From the NCBI GenBank assembly GCA_963846545.1, contig CAWJWG010000001.1:2550735-2614734 (forward strand): DNA of 64,000 bases, read 5' to 3'. The position numbers and the translations under genes are program-made. Under the pieces are notes generated by a model that ran no database searches, was not told the origin of the DNA, and worked only from the letters and a program-made list of their open reading frames with translations. Below, one piece after another: positions 56,588-64,000 of this stretch. Origin of the DNA: an uncultured Gemmatimonadales bacterium (GTDB taxonomy: Bacteria; Gemmatimonadota; Gemmatimonadetes; Gemmatimonadales; GWC2-71-9). Within the stretch, counting starts at the first letter, position 1, and the number at the start of each line of letters is the position of its first letter.

Positions 56588-57243
56588 GGCCCGCCGGTGT
56601 CGAGCGGCAGGACCGTGGCGAGCGCCGAATCGAGCGCCTCACGGGGATTGGTCCCGCTCCCGATGGCCAGCGAGCGCCAGAGCACCTTGCCGGTCCGGGT
56701 GTCGCCCACCACGAGCGACAGGTCCGCACGGATGCGCCCGTCGGCTTCCCGACCGTAGCCGAGCGAGGCGGGGACCATCACCGCCCGGCCGCCGACGACC
56801 GCCATGAGGTTCCGGAGCGAAGAGCGGAGCGGATCGGGGATATCGCGCATCTTGGGCGCGCGGAGCGCCGCCTGCCCCATCTGGTCGGGATCGCCGACGA
56901 TACCCGGCGAGCGGCGCGCCACCTTGCGCAGCTCCGCGGGCAGGACCCAGCGGACCTCGGGCGCCCGGCCGGCGAACGCGTCGCCGATCAGGGAGTCAGC
57001 CCAGATCAGCGCGGTCCGGCGATCGCGATACGGCGCGTAAATCGTATCCGCCTGCAGCGCCGGATCCGGGGCGATCAGCGTGAGCGGCATGAGCGCCACC
57101 TGCTGCCCGACCAGCGCCTCGGTGGGTACCCGCAGTACCACCGGCGCCGGGGGCGCCGGTGCGGCCGGCGGGACGGGCTGTTGCGCGCCAGCGGCGCAAC
57201 TGAACGAGACCAACGCGATCATGGCGACGGGGATCTGTTTCAC
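56584..57243 (-). CDS. Hypothetical secreted protein
   Basis: 219-aa ORF with signal peptide MKQIPVAMIALVSFSCAAGAQ and a Pro/Ala-rich linker. The stop overlaps the downstream start. Confidence 0.5.
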   Translation of the reverse strand: MKQIPVAMIALVSFSCAAGAQQPVPPAAPAPPAPVVLRVPTEALVGQQVALMPLTLIAPDPALQADTIYAPYRDRRTALIWADSLIGDAFAGRAPEVRWVLPAELRKVARRSPGIVGDPDQMGQAALRAPKMRDIPDPLRSSLRNLMAVVGGRAVMVPASLGYGREADGRIRADLSLVVGDTRTGKVLWRSLAIGSGTNPREALDSALATVLPLDTGGP

Positions 57244-57283
57244 GGCGGGAAAGTAACCGGTCGGGAGAGCCGGTTGAAGCCTG

Positions 57284-58150
57284 TTACTCCAGCGACAGCC
57301 CGCCGTCCACCACGATGGTCTGGCCGGTGATGTGACGCGCGCTCTCGGAGCAGAGGAAGGACACCACGTGGGCCACGTCTTCGGGGTCCGCCACCCGGCC
57401 GAGAACGCTGCTCTTCTGCGCCCGCTCGACCACCTCGGAGGGAAGCATCGCCATCCGCTCGGTGCGGATGAACCCGGGTGCCACGGCGTTCACGTTGACG
57501 TTGGCCGGCCCCAGCTCGACGGCCGCGGCGCGGGTCAGCCCGAGGAGGGCGGCCTTGCTCGCGGCATAGTTGGCCACGCCGAACCCCGGCCGCTTGGCCT
57601 GGTGCGCGCTCACGTTCACGATCTTGCCATAGTGCTGCTGCCGGAAAATCGGCGCCACCGACCGGATGCAGTTGAAGGAGCCGGTGACGTTGGTGTCGAT
57701 CACCTCGCTCCAGGCGTCCTCGCTGAGACGCCAGAGCGCGCCGTCGTTGGCGATGCCCGCGTTGTTCACCAGGAAGTGCACGCCGCCGAGCTTCTGCTTG
57801 GCGTCGCCGACGAAACGATCGACCTCGTCGCGGTCGCGGACGTCGCACCGGGCGGCGTAGACCCCGACACCCATCGCCGCGAGCGCGGTCTCGGTGAGGA
57901 GCGCCTGCTCGACGACGTCGCGGCCCGGGAGGTTCACGAAGCAGAAGGCGACGTTGCAGCCCAGCTTCCCGAACTCCATCACCACCGCCCGGCCCAGGCC
58001 GGTGGCACCGCCGGTGACGACGGCGACCTTGCCCTTCCAGCCCTTGCGGATCGGCTGCGGCTCCGGGTCCTCGAGCACGGCGCCCCCCAGGTCGGGGGCC
58101 TCGTACTCCCACGACGGCCGGTGGCCGAAACCAAAGGATGGCAAGGGCAT
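57284..58150 (-). CDS. SDR-family oxidoreductase (FabG-like)
   Basis: 288-aa ORF with VTGGATGLG, NNAG and YAASKAAL (YxxxK), plus an N-terminal extension of about 35 aa. Confidence 0.85.
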   Translation of the reverse strand: MPLPSFGFGHRPSWEYEAPDLGGAVLEDPEPQPIRKGWKGKVAVVTGGATGLGRAVVMEFGKLGCNVAFCFVNLPGRDVVEQALLTETALAAMGVGVYAARCDVRDRDEVDRFVGDAKQKLGGVHFLVNNAGIANDGALWRLSEDAWSEVIDTNVTGSFNCIRSVAPIFRQQHYGKIVNVSAHQAKRPGFGVANYAASKAALLGLTRAAAVELGPANVNVNAVAPGFIRTERMAMLPSEVVERAQKSSVLGRVADPEDVAHVVSFLCSESARHITGQTIVVDGGLSLE

Positions 58151-58242
58151 GGAGTTCGAAGGTACGGTCCGCTCAGGGGGAGGGCAAGCAGTCGGAAACG
58201 CACGCCTTTGCCCCGCTCACCGCCCTCGCTTTTATTAGTTCC

Positions 58243-60279
58243 ATGCTCCCCAATCTGGGCTGGCTCCTCGTCGCCCTGGCCGGTGCCACCGGCTGGGGTG
58301 TGATGGCGCTACACCGGGGCGAGACCATCAGCGCCGCCTGGCTGGTGATCGCCGCCGTCGGGACCTACCTGATCGCCTTCCGCTTCTACAGCCGATTCCT
58401 CGCCGACCGCGTCTTGGGCCTCGACGACCGCCGGGCCACCCCGGCCGAGCGCCTCGCCAACGGGCGGGATTACGTCCCCACCACCCGGTGGGTCCTGTTC
58501 GGCCACCACTTCGCGGCCATCGCGGGCGCCGGGCCTCTGGTCGGCCCGGTCCTGGCCGCCCAGTTCGGCTACCTCCCCGGTACCATCTGGATTGTCTTCG
58601 GGGTGGTCCTGGCCGGCGCCGTCCAGGACTTCATCATCCTGTTCGGCTCCATGCGCCGGGACGGCAAGTCACTGGGACAGATGGCCAAGGAGGAGACCGG
58701 GGCGGTCACCGGCATGCTGGCGATGATCGCGGTGCTCGCGATCATGGTGATCCTCCTCGCCGTGCTGGCCCTGGTGGTGGTCAACGCGCTCCGCGACAGC
58801 CCCTGGGGCGTGTTCACCATCCTCTGCACCATCCCCATCGCCGTGATGATGGGCTACTGGATGAAGGTCTGGCGGCCTGGCCGCACGATGGAGGCCTCCG
58901 CCGTCGGCGTGATCCTGCTGCTGGCCTCGCTCGTCGGCGGGCGCTACGTGGCGGAGTCCCCGACGCTCGCGCCGCTCTTCACCCATTCCGGCATCACCAT
59001 CGCGTATGGGATGATGGCCTACGGCTTCATCGCCAGCGTGCTGCCGGTCTGGATGCTGCTCTGTCCCCGCGACTACCTGTCCACCTTCATGAAGATCGGC
59101 ACCATCCTGCTGCTCGCGGTCGGAATCCTGGTGGTGCTGCCGCCGCTCCGCATGCCCGCGGTCACGCCCTTCATCGACGGGACCGGTCCCGTGTTCGCGG
59201 GCAAGCTCTTCCCCTTCGCGTTCATCACCATCGCGTGCGGCGCGATCAGCGGCTTCCACGCTCTGGTCGCCTCGGGCACCACGCCCAAGATGCTGATGCG
59301 GGAGAGCGACGCGCGGTACATCGGCTACGGCGGGATGCTGATGGAATCGTTCGTGGCCGTGATGGCGATGTGCGCCGCGGCGGTGCTGGAACCCGGCGTC
59401 TACTTCGCGATCAACGCGCCCCTCGCCACCCTGGGCGGCAGCGTCGAGACGGCCGCGACGACGATCAGAGGGTGGGGATTTCAGGTCACGCCCGAGCAGA
59501 TGACCGGGCTGGCCGCGGCGGTGGGCGAGACGTCGCTGCTCGCACGCACCGGCGGGGCGCCGTCGCTCGCGGTGGGGATGGCGCAGATCTTCAGCGGAGT
59601 CTTCGGGCACGGGCTCATGGCGCTCTGGTACCACTTCGCCATCATGTTCGAGGCCCTGTTCATCCTGACGACCATTGATACCGGGACCCGGGTCGGGCGC
59701 TTCATGCTCCAGGAGCTGGCGGGCCACCTCTGGAAGCCGCTGGGCCGGACCTCGTGGTATCCCAGCATCATCGCCGCTTCGGCCATCATCGTCGCCGGGT
59801 GGGGATACTTCCTGGTGCAGGGCGTGCTCGACCCGCTCGGCGGGATCAACTCTCTCTGGCCCCTGTTCGGCATCAGCAACCAGTTGCTCGCCGCGGTCGC
59901 GCTCTGCGTGGGCACGACCCTGCTGGTGAAGTCGGGCAAGGCCCGCTATGCCTGGGTCACGCTGCTGCCGCTAACCTGGGTGCTGGTGGTGACGCTGACG
60001 GCCGGATGGCAGAAGGTGTTCGCGGCCGATCCGCGCCTGGGATTCCTCTCGCACGCCGCCCTGACCGCGCGACAGGTCGCAGAAGGTGTGCTCGATCCGG
60101 CCCGCGGGGCACGGCTCATCTTCAACGACCGGCTGGACGCCGTCGTAGCGGTGGCGTTCATGCTGGTGACGCTGATGGTGGTGACTGCATCCGCTCGCGA
60201 GTGGCTGTTGGTGCTGACCCGGCGCAAGCCGGCGCTGGTGCGGGAGACCCCGTTCGTGCAGACGGCGTATGTGGGATAG
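58243..60279 (+). CDS. cstA: Carbon starvation protein A (peptide/pyruvate transporter family)
   Basis: ORF 58138..60279, trimmed to ATG (MLPNLGWLLVAL). AWLVIAAVGTYLIAFRFYS, FGHHFAAIAGAGPLVGP and GFHALVASGTTPK motifs. Confidence 0.9.
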   Translation: MLPNLGWLLVALAGATGWGVMALHRGETISAAWLVIAAVGTYLIAFRFYSRFLADRVLGLDDRRATPAERLANGRDYVPTTRWVLFGHHFAAIAGAGPLVGPVLAAQFGYLPGTIWIVFGVVLAGAVQDFIILFGSMRRDGKSLGQMAKEETGAVTGMLAMIAVLAIMVILLAVLALVVVNALRDSPWGVFTILCTIPIAVMMGYWMKVWRPGRTMEASAVGVILLLASLVGGRYVAESPTLAPLFTHSGITIAYGMMAYGFIASVLPVWMLLCPRDYLSTFMKIGTILLLAVGILVVLPPLRMPAVTPFIDGTGPVFAGKLFPFAFITIACGAISGFHALVASGTTPKMLMRESDARYIGYGGMLMESFVAVMAMCAAAVLEPGVYFAINAPLATLGGSVETAATTIRGWGFQVTPEQMTGLAAAVGETSLLARTGGAPSLAVGMAQIFSGVFGHGLMALWYHFAIMFEALFILTTIDTGTRVGRFMLQELAGHLWKPLGRTSWYPSIIAASAIIVAGWGYFLVQGVLDPLGGINSLWPLFGISNQLLAAVALCVGTTLLVKSGKARYAWVTLLPLTWVLVVTLTAGWQKVFAADPRLGFLSHAALTARQVAEGVLDPARGARLIFNDRLDAVVAVAFMLVTLMVVTASAREWLLVLTRRKPALVRETPFVQTAYVG

Positions 60280-60463
60280 GGCTCGCGCGCGGATGGCGGA
60301 TCTGCTGCGGGACCTGCGCCGGATCGCCGGCATGCCCGACTACGCCGCCCACGTGGAGCACCTCCGGCGCGCGCATCCGGAGAGGCCCGTTCCCAGCGAG
60401 CGTGAGTTCTACGATCAATATGTGCGGGCCCGCTACAGCGACGGCCCGACCCGGTGCTGCTGA
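60269..60463 (+). CDS. ybdD: YbdD/YjiX-family small protein (CstA partner)
   Basis: 64-aa ORF overlapping the cstA end. GMPDYAAHVEHLRRAHP..EFY..ARY....RCC matches the YbdD pattern. An alternative ATG lies at 60293. Confidence 0.75.
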   Translation: MWDRARARMADLLRDLRRIAGMPDYAAHVEHLRRAHPERPVPSEREFYDQYVRARYSDGPTRCC

Positions 60464-60506
60464 CCCGCGACTCCCCCCCCCCGGCGTTATCGGACCCGGG
60501 CCGGGA

Positions 60507-61397
60507 CTAGGTGCCCGGGCCCAGCTCCGCGATCCACTCCGTCAGCCACTTCCCCGTCCGCGAGATCACGGCCGAGCTGTCGTTGGCCAGGAAATCGTAG
60601 CCGCCTCGGCTGAGCTCGGGCGCCGAGTACACGCCTCGCGCGCGAGCCTGCTTGCGCGCGTCCAGCAGAGCGGCGAGGCTCGACCGCGTCCCGATCCAGA
60701 GCAGGGCGTCCGAGGCCCGTGACGCGTAGCGCGGCGGCACATCGAAGCTGTCGGGTGCGGCGTAGACCCGGTGGAGCAGCGGGATCGCCGAGCTGTCGGC
60801 CGAGAAGGAGAGCAGGGTCAGGTAGCGGACCTTGAGCTCCGGGTCGCTCGCCGCGAGAAAGCGGGCCTGCACCGAGTCGGCGCCCGCGCGGCCGAGCCGC
60901 CCGAGCACCCACGCGTCTCCCACGCCGTACTCCCGGGTGGGGATCATGGCCAGAATCTCCTTCAGCACCGCCGGATCGCCGCGCACCGCGCGGGCGCGCT
61001 CCAGCTCGACCGCGCGAAGCGGCGCGAGGAGATCCGCCGGGTCCTGCCCCGGCGGGCCGTCCACCTGCCCGGCCTGGATCGCGCGGCTCAGCTTCGCTGC
61101 GCTGTCGGCATACCCGCGATCCCGCAGCTCGGCCAGGCGCGTGAGCGCGAGCGGCGCGTCGTTCCACGCGGCGGCCCCGCCGAGAGCCGCGAGCACCCGG
61201 CGCCAGAGCACCGCGGCCCGCTTCTCACCGAGGACTGCCCGAGCGGAGTCGGCCGCCGGGGTGCCGGGACGAAGGCCCTCGTGCAGCTCGGAGTACGTCG
61301 CCCGCCCGGGATCGCCCACCCGGATTAGCACCTGGCCTTCGGCGCGTCCGGCCGAGCCGACGAGCAACGTGAGGAGTATGATTGTGAGCTTGCTCAT
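60507..61397 (-). CDS. Hypothetical secreted protein (helical-repeat-like)
   Basis: ORF 60507..61475, trimmed to the ATG giving signal peptide MSKLTIILLTLLVGSAGRAEG. The start overlaps the stop of the MFS gene. Confidence 0.5.
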   Translation of the reverse strand: MSKLTIILLTLLVGSAGRAEGQVLIRVGDPGRATYSELHEGLRPGTPAADSARAVLGEKRAAVLWRRVLAALGGAAAWNDAPLALTRLAELRDRGYADSAAKLSRAIQAGQVDGPPGQDPADLLAPLRAVELERARAVRGDPAVLKEILAMIPTREYGVGDAWVLGRLGRAGADSVQARFLAASDPELKVRYLTLLSFSADSSAIPLLHRVYAAPDSFDVPPRYASRASDALLWIGTRSSLAALLDARKQARARGVYSAPELSRGGYDFLANDSSAVISRTGKWLTEWIAELGPGT

Positions 61398-62614
61398 CTC
61401 CGGCCCCCTGCGTTCGCGCTGGTGACGGCGTACCACAGGGCCACCGCTACGATCATTCCCGCCGCGGACGCCCACAGCGCAGCGGGACCGCCGGCGATCT
61501 GAAACAGCAGCCCGAAGACGAGCCCTGCGGGTAACGCGCCGCCGCCGATGAGCGCGTGGTAGATCCCGAATCCCCTGCCGGTGCGCACCGGGGCGAGTCG
61601 CGCCACCAGCGCGCGCTCGGCGGACTCAGTGAGTCCCGCGACCGGCCCGAGCAGGAGAAAAGCCGTCACGGCTCCGGTCGGAGAAAGCCGGTTCCCGAGC
61701 GCGAGCGCGACCACGGCGAAGAGTAACCCTCCGGCCGCCACCGTCGCCCGCGGTCCGAGGTGATCGGAGATCCATCCGCCGGGATACGAACTGGCGCTTC
61801 GAACCACGTGGAGGCCTGCCCAGACCAGCGGAACCGCCGGCACCGCCACCCCCAAGTCCTGGAGCCTCAACAGGAGCAGGGCCTCCGGAACCCGAAAGAA
61901 CGTGAGCGCCGCGAGCACCAGTACGGGTCCCCAGAAGATCCGGCCGGCCGCATCCTCCCGCTGGCCCCTCGCCTGAGCGGCGCCGGGTGTGACGCTCGTG
62001 CCGCGGAGGAGAACCGCAAGGACCAGAAACGCGAGCCCGCCCGGGAGCGCGCTCCAGCCGATCACGTCTTGGACGGCAAGACCCCGCTCGAGCAGGTACC
62101 ACGCGGCGACCGAGCCGACCACGGCCCCGAGATGGTCGGCCGCGCGGTGGAATCCAAACGCCCGGCCCCGCAGCTCGGGCGGCGCGACCGCCGCGATCAA
62201 GGCATCGCGCGCCGGGGTTCGAATACCTTTCCCTACCCGATCGATGATCCGGAATCCGATCACCTGCGACGCGGAATTGGCGACGGCGATCAGCGGCCGG
62301 ACCAGCACCGCCGTCGCGTAGCCGCCGAGGATGAGCGGCGACCGCCATCGGGGCCGGTCCGCCAGCCGACCGCTTACCAGCTTGAGCGCGGCCGAGGTCA
62401 GCTCAGCCGCCCCGTCCAGCACCCCGAGGGCGAGCGGACCGGCCCCAAGCGGCCCGGTGACGAAAGCAGGAAGGAGGGGGTACACCATCTCGCTCGCGAC
62501 ATCGTTGAACAGCGAGACGAGGGAAAGTCCCTTGACGGTGCGGGGGACCCTCTGGGCCGGAGGCGCTGCGCTCACGACGCGATGGCGGGGGACGGCATCG
62601 CCCAAAGCTAGCAT
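61394..62614 (-). CDS. MFS transporter
   Basis: 406-aa ORF with about 12 TM segments and an MFS-type loop GRLADRPRWR between TM2 and TM3. The start is uncertain (see finding). Confidence 0.75.
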   Translation of the reverse strand: MLALGDAVPRHRVVSAAPPAQRVPRTVKGLSLVSLFNDVASEMVYPLLPAFVTGPLGAGPLALGVLDGAAELTSAALKLVSGRLADRPRWRSPLILGGYATAVLVRPLIAVANSASQVIGFRIIDRVGKGIRTPARDALIAAVAPPELRGRAFGFHRAADHLGAVVGSVAAWYLLERGLAVQDVIGWSALPGGLAFLVLAVLLRGTSVTPGAAQARGQREDAAGRIFWGPVLVLAALTFFRVPEALLLLRLQDLGVAVPAVPLVWAGLHVVRSASSYPGGWISDHLGPRATVAAGGLLFAVVALALGNRLSPTGAVTAFLLLGPVAGLTESAERALVARLAPVRTGRGFGIYHALIGGGALPAGLVFGLLFQIAGGPAALWASAAGMIVAVALWYAVTSANAGGRR

Positions 62615-62616
62615 GT

Positions 62617-63660
62617 ATGTTTGTCGCCATGCCCGCCGAGTCGCCCCGCTTCCAGGAGTCCAATCTCTGGGCCACGCCGATCCGGGACTTCGGGCTGACG
62701 ATCGAGGGAACCCCCCTGGAGCCGATCATCCAGGAGTTCCGGGGGGAGCTCCGGCAGGTGGGGCTCACCCGGGTCCGGCCGCGCTTCTATCTCTCGACGG
62801 AATGGGGAGTTCCGTTCGAATCCGTGGCCATCGCCATCCCCTTCTACCTGGCCCGGCCGGAGCTCACGGCGCTGCACGTGGAGCGCACCGGGCTGGTCGA
62901 GGGGTTCGACCGGGCCGACATCCTGCGGTACCTCCGCCACGAGATGGGCCACGTGGTCAACTATGCCTACCGGCTGTACGACCAGGAGGAGTGGGTCAAG
63001 CAGTTCGGCTCCATCACCCAGCCCTATGGCGAGGAGTACCGGCCGGAGCCCTTCAGCCGGCGCTACGTCCGCCACCTGCCCGGCTGGTACGCCCAGAAAC
63101 ATCCCGACGAGGACTGGTCCGAGACGTTCGCCGTGTGGATGACGCCCGGGCTCGACTGGCGGAAGGAGTACAGCGGGTGGCCGGTCGCGGCCGCCAAGCT
63201 GGCCTACTGCGACCGGACCCTGGCGGGCCTGCGCGACAGCGACCCTGAGGTCACCAATAGCGAGCTGGACGAGGACGTGGGTGAGATCGAGTACTCGCTG
63301 GGGCACTACTACCGGGACGATGCCATTGGATTGGGCGAGGTGCCGCCCGGGCTCGACGGCGCCATCCGCGCCATCTTCGAGGACCTCTCAGGCGATGGCG
63401 AGGTGACGCCGGTGGCACCGCTCTCGCCCGCGGCGGCGCTGATCCGCCGGCTGGAGCCCGACCTGCTGGCCAACGTCTTCCGCTGGACCGGGCATTTCCC
63501 CGAGCGCACCCGGGTGCTCATCCGCTACCTGGCGGAGCGGGCGGAGCATCTCCGTCAGGGCTATGTCCCGGGTCGGGAGGCGGCGGCGACGGTGGCGGTG
63601 ACGACGCTGGTGACGGGGCTGGCGATGAACCACGTGCAGCGGGGCAGCTACCTGCCCTGA
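62617..63660 (+). CDS. Putative zinc-binding metallopeptidase (HExxH)
   Basis: 347-aa ORF. LRYLRHEMGHVVNYAY with a downstream EDWSETFA recalls the 'putative zinc-binding metallo-peptidase' family that often lies next to ATP-grasp ligases. Confidence 0.65.
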   Translation: MFVAMPAESPRFQESNLWATPIRDFGLTIEGTPLEPIIQEFRGELRQVGLTRVRPRFYLSTEWGVPFESVAIAIPFYLARPELTALHVERTGLVEGFDRADILRYLRHEMGHVVNYAYRLYDQEEWVKQFGSITQPYGEEYRPEPFSRRYVRHLPGWYAQKHPDEDWSETFAVWMTPGLDWRKEYSGWPVAAAKLAYCDRTLAGLRDSDPEVTNSELDEDVGEIEYSLGHYYRDDAIGLGEVPPGLDGAIRAIFEDLSGDGEVTPVAPLSPAAALIRRLEPDLLANVFRWTGHFPERTRVLIRYLAERAEHLRQGYVPGREAAATVAVTTLVTGLAMNHVQRGSYLP

Positions 63661-63661
63661 T

Positions 63662-64000
63662 TCACTTGCTGGTCTTCTTGTGCCGCGCGAGCGCCAGGTC
63701 CACGATGCGCTCGATCAGGCGCCGGTAGTCGAACCCCGCCGCTCCCGCCGCCATCGCGAACTCGCTGTCCTTGTCCAGGTAACAGCTCGCGTTCACCTCG
63801 AGCACGTAGATGTCGCCGGTGTCGGTCAGGCGGAGATCGACCCGGCCGTAGTCCCGCACGCGGAGCGCGCGGTAGGCGTCCACCGCCACCTTCTGCAGGC
63901 GCGCCCGCAGCTCGTCGGGCAGCTGGGCCAGCACCGACTTGGTACCCTTGTACTCCTTGCTCCGCTCGTCCCACTTCGCCTTGCTGTCCATCACCTTGGG
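63662..64000 (-). CDS. ATP-grasp enzyme, D-alanine--D-alanine ligase family, C-terminal fragment (5' part beyond window)
   Basis: ORF 63662..63994 and beyond. RVDLRLTDTGDIYVLEVNASCYL is the ATP-grasp C-terminal Mg/ATP motif (E-x-N). Confidence 0.7.
   Translation of the reverse strand, partial: PKVMDSKAKWDERSKEYKGTKSVLAQLPDELRARLQKVAVDAYRALRVRDYGRVDLRLTDTGDIYVLEVNASCYLDKDSEFAMAAGAAGFDYRRLIERIVDLALARHKKTSK

Noticed and set aside
60473-60482. C10 homopolymer tract
   Set aside because: It lies in the 43-bp spacer between two convergent gene ends (ybdD-like and a hypothetical), so slippage would not change any reading frame or promoter. It is probably part of a terminator region or a sequencing-prone tract.

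Overview
This is a high-GC (about two-thirds G+C by eye) bacterial chromosomal segment. It is densely packed, with about 58 protein-coding genes, and many neighbours share ATGA/GTGA start-stop overlaps. Gene content is Gram-negative in type (TonB-dependent receptor, beta-barrel-like outer membrane proteins, lipoproteins). It looks Gemmatimonadota-like, but I cannot verify taxonomy. I recognised no rRNA, tRNA, CRISPR array, transposase, integrase or prophage genes.

Most of the window is housekeeping:
- Fe-S genes (NifU-like, Mrp/ApbC-like), nrnA, guaB and gpmI.
- Molybdenum cofactor (MoCo) genes mobA-mobB-moeA, and htpX-terC.
- A succinylase-branch DAP/lysine operon (M20 desuccinylase-like, asd, lysC, dapB, dapA, dapD).
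- etfAB, ETF-QO and glutaryl-CoA dehydrogenase.
- An ECF sigma/anti-sigma/TonB-receptor module, and cstA-ybdD.

The one clearly accessory stretch is 41.0-52.4 kb, a glycan synthesis/modification island. It holds a GT4-like transferase, a flippase, an AsnB-like amidoligase with a degenerate glutaminase site, an epimerase, an ACP with an FkbH-like loader and a hexapeptide acyltransferase, and an Ig-like/esterase lipoprotein. These units are separated by unusually long, lower-GC spacers.

The best non-coding call is a yybP-ykoY (Mn2+) riboswitch at 16.5-16.7 kb, with its own promoter and an overlapping intrinsic terminator, in front of htpX-terC. Three enzymes appear to have lost canonical catalytic residues: a cysteine-free Mrp, a PTPS/QueD-like protein without the Cys-Asp-His triad, and an AsnB-like protein without Cys1.

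I found no single compelling undescribed system. All family calls come from reading the translations and from motif memory. No searches were run.
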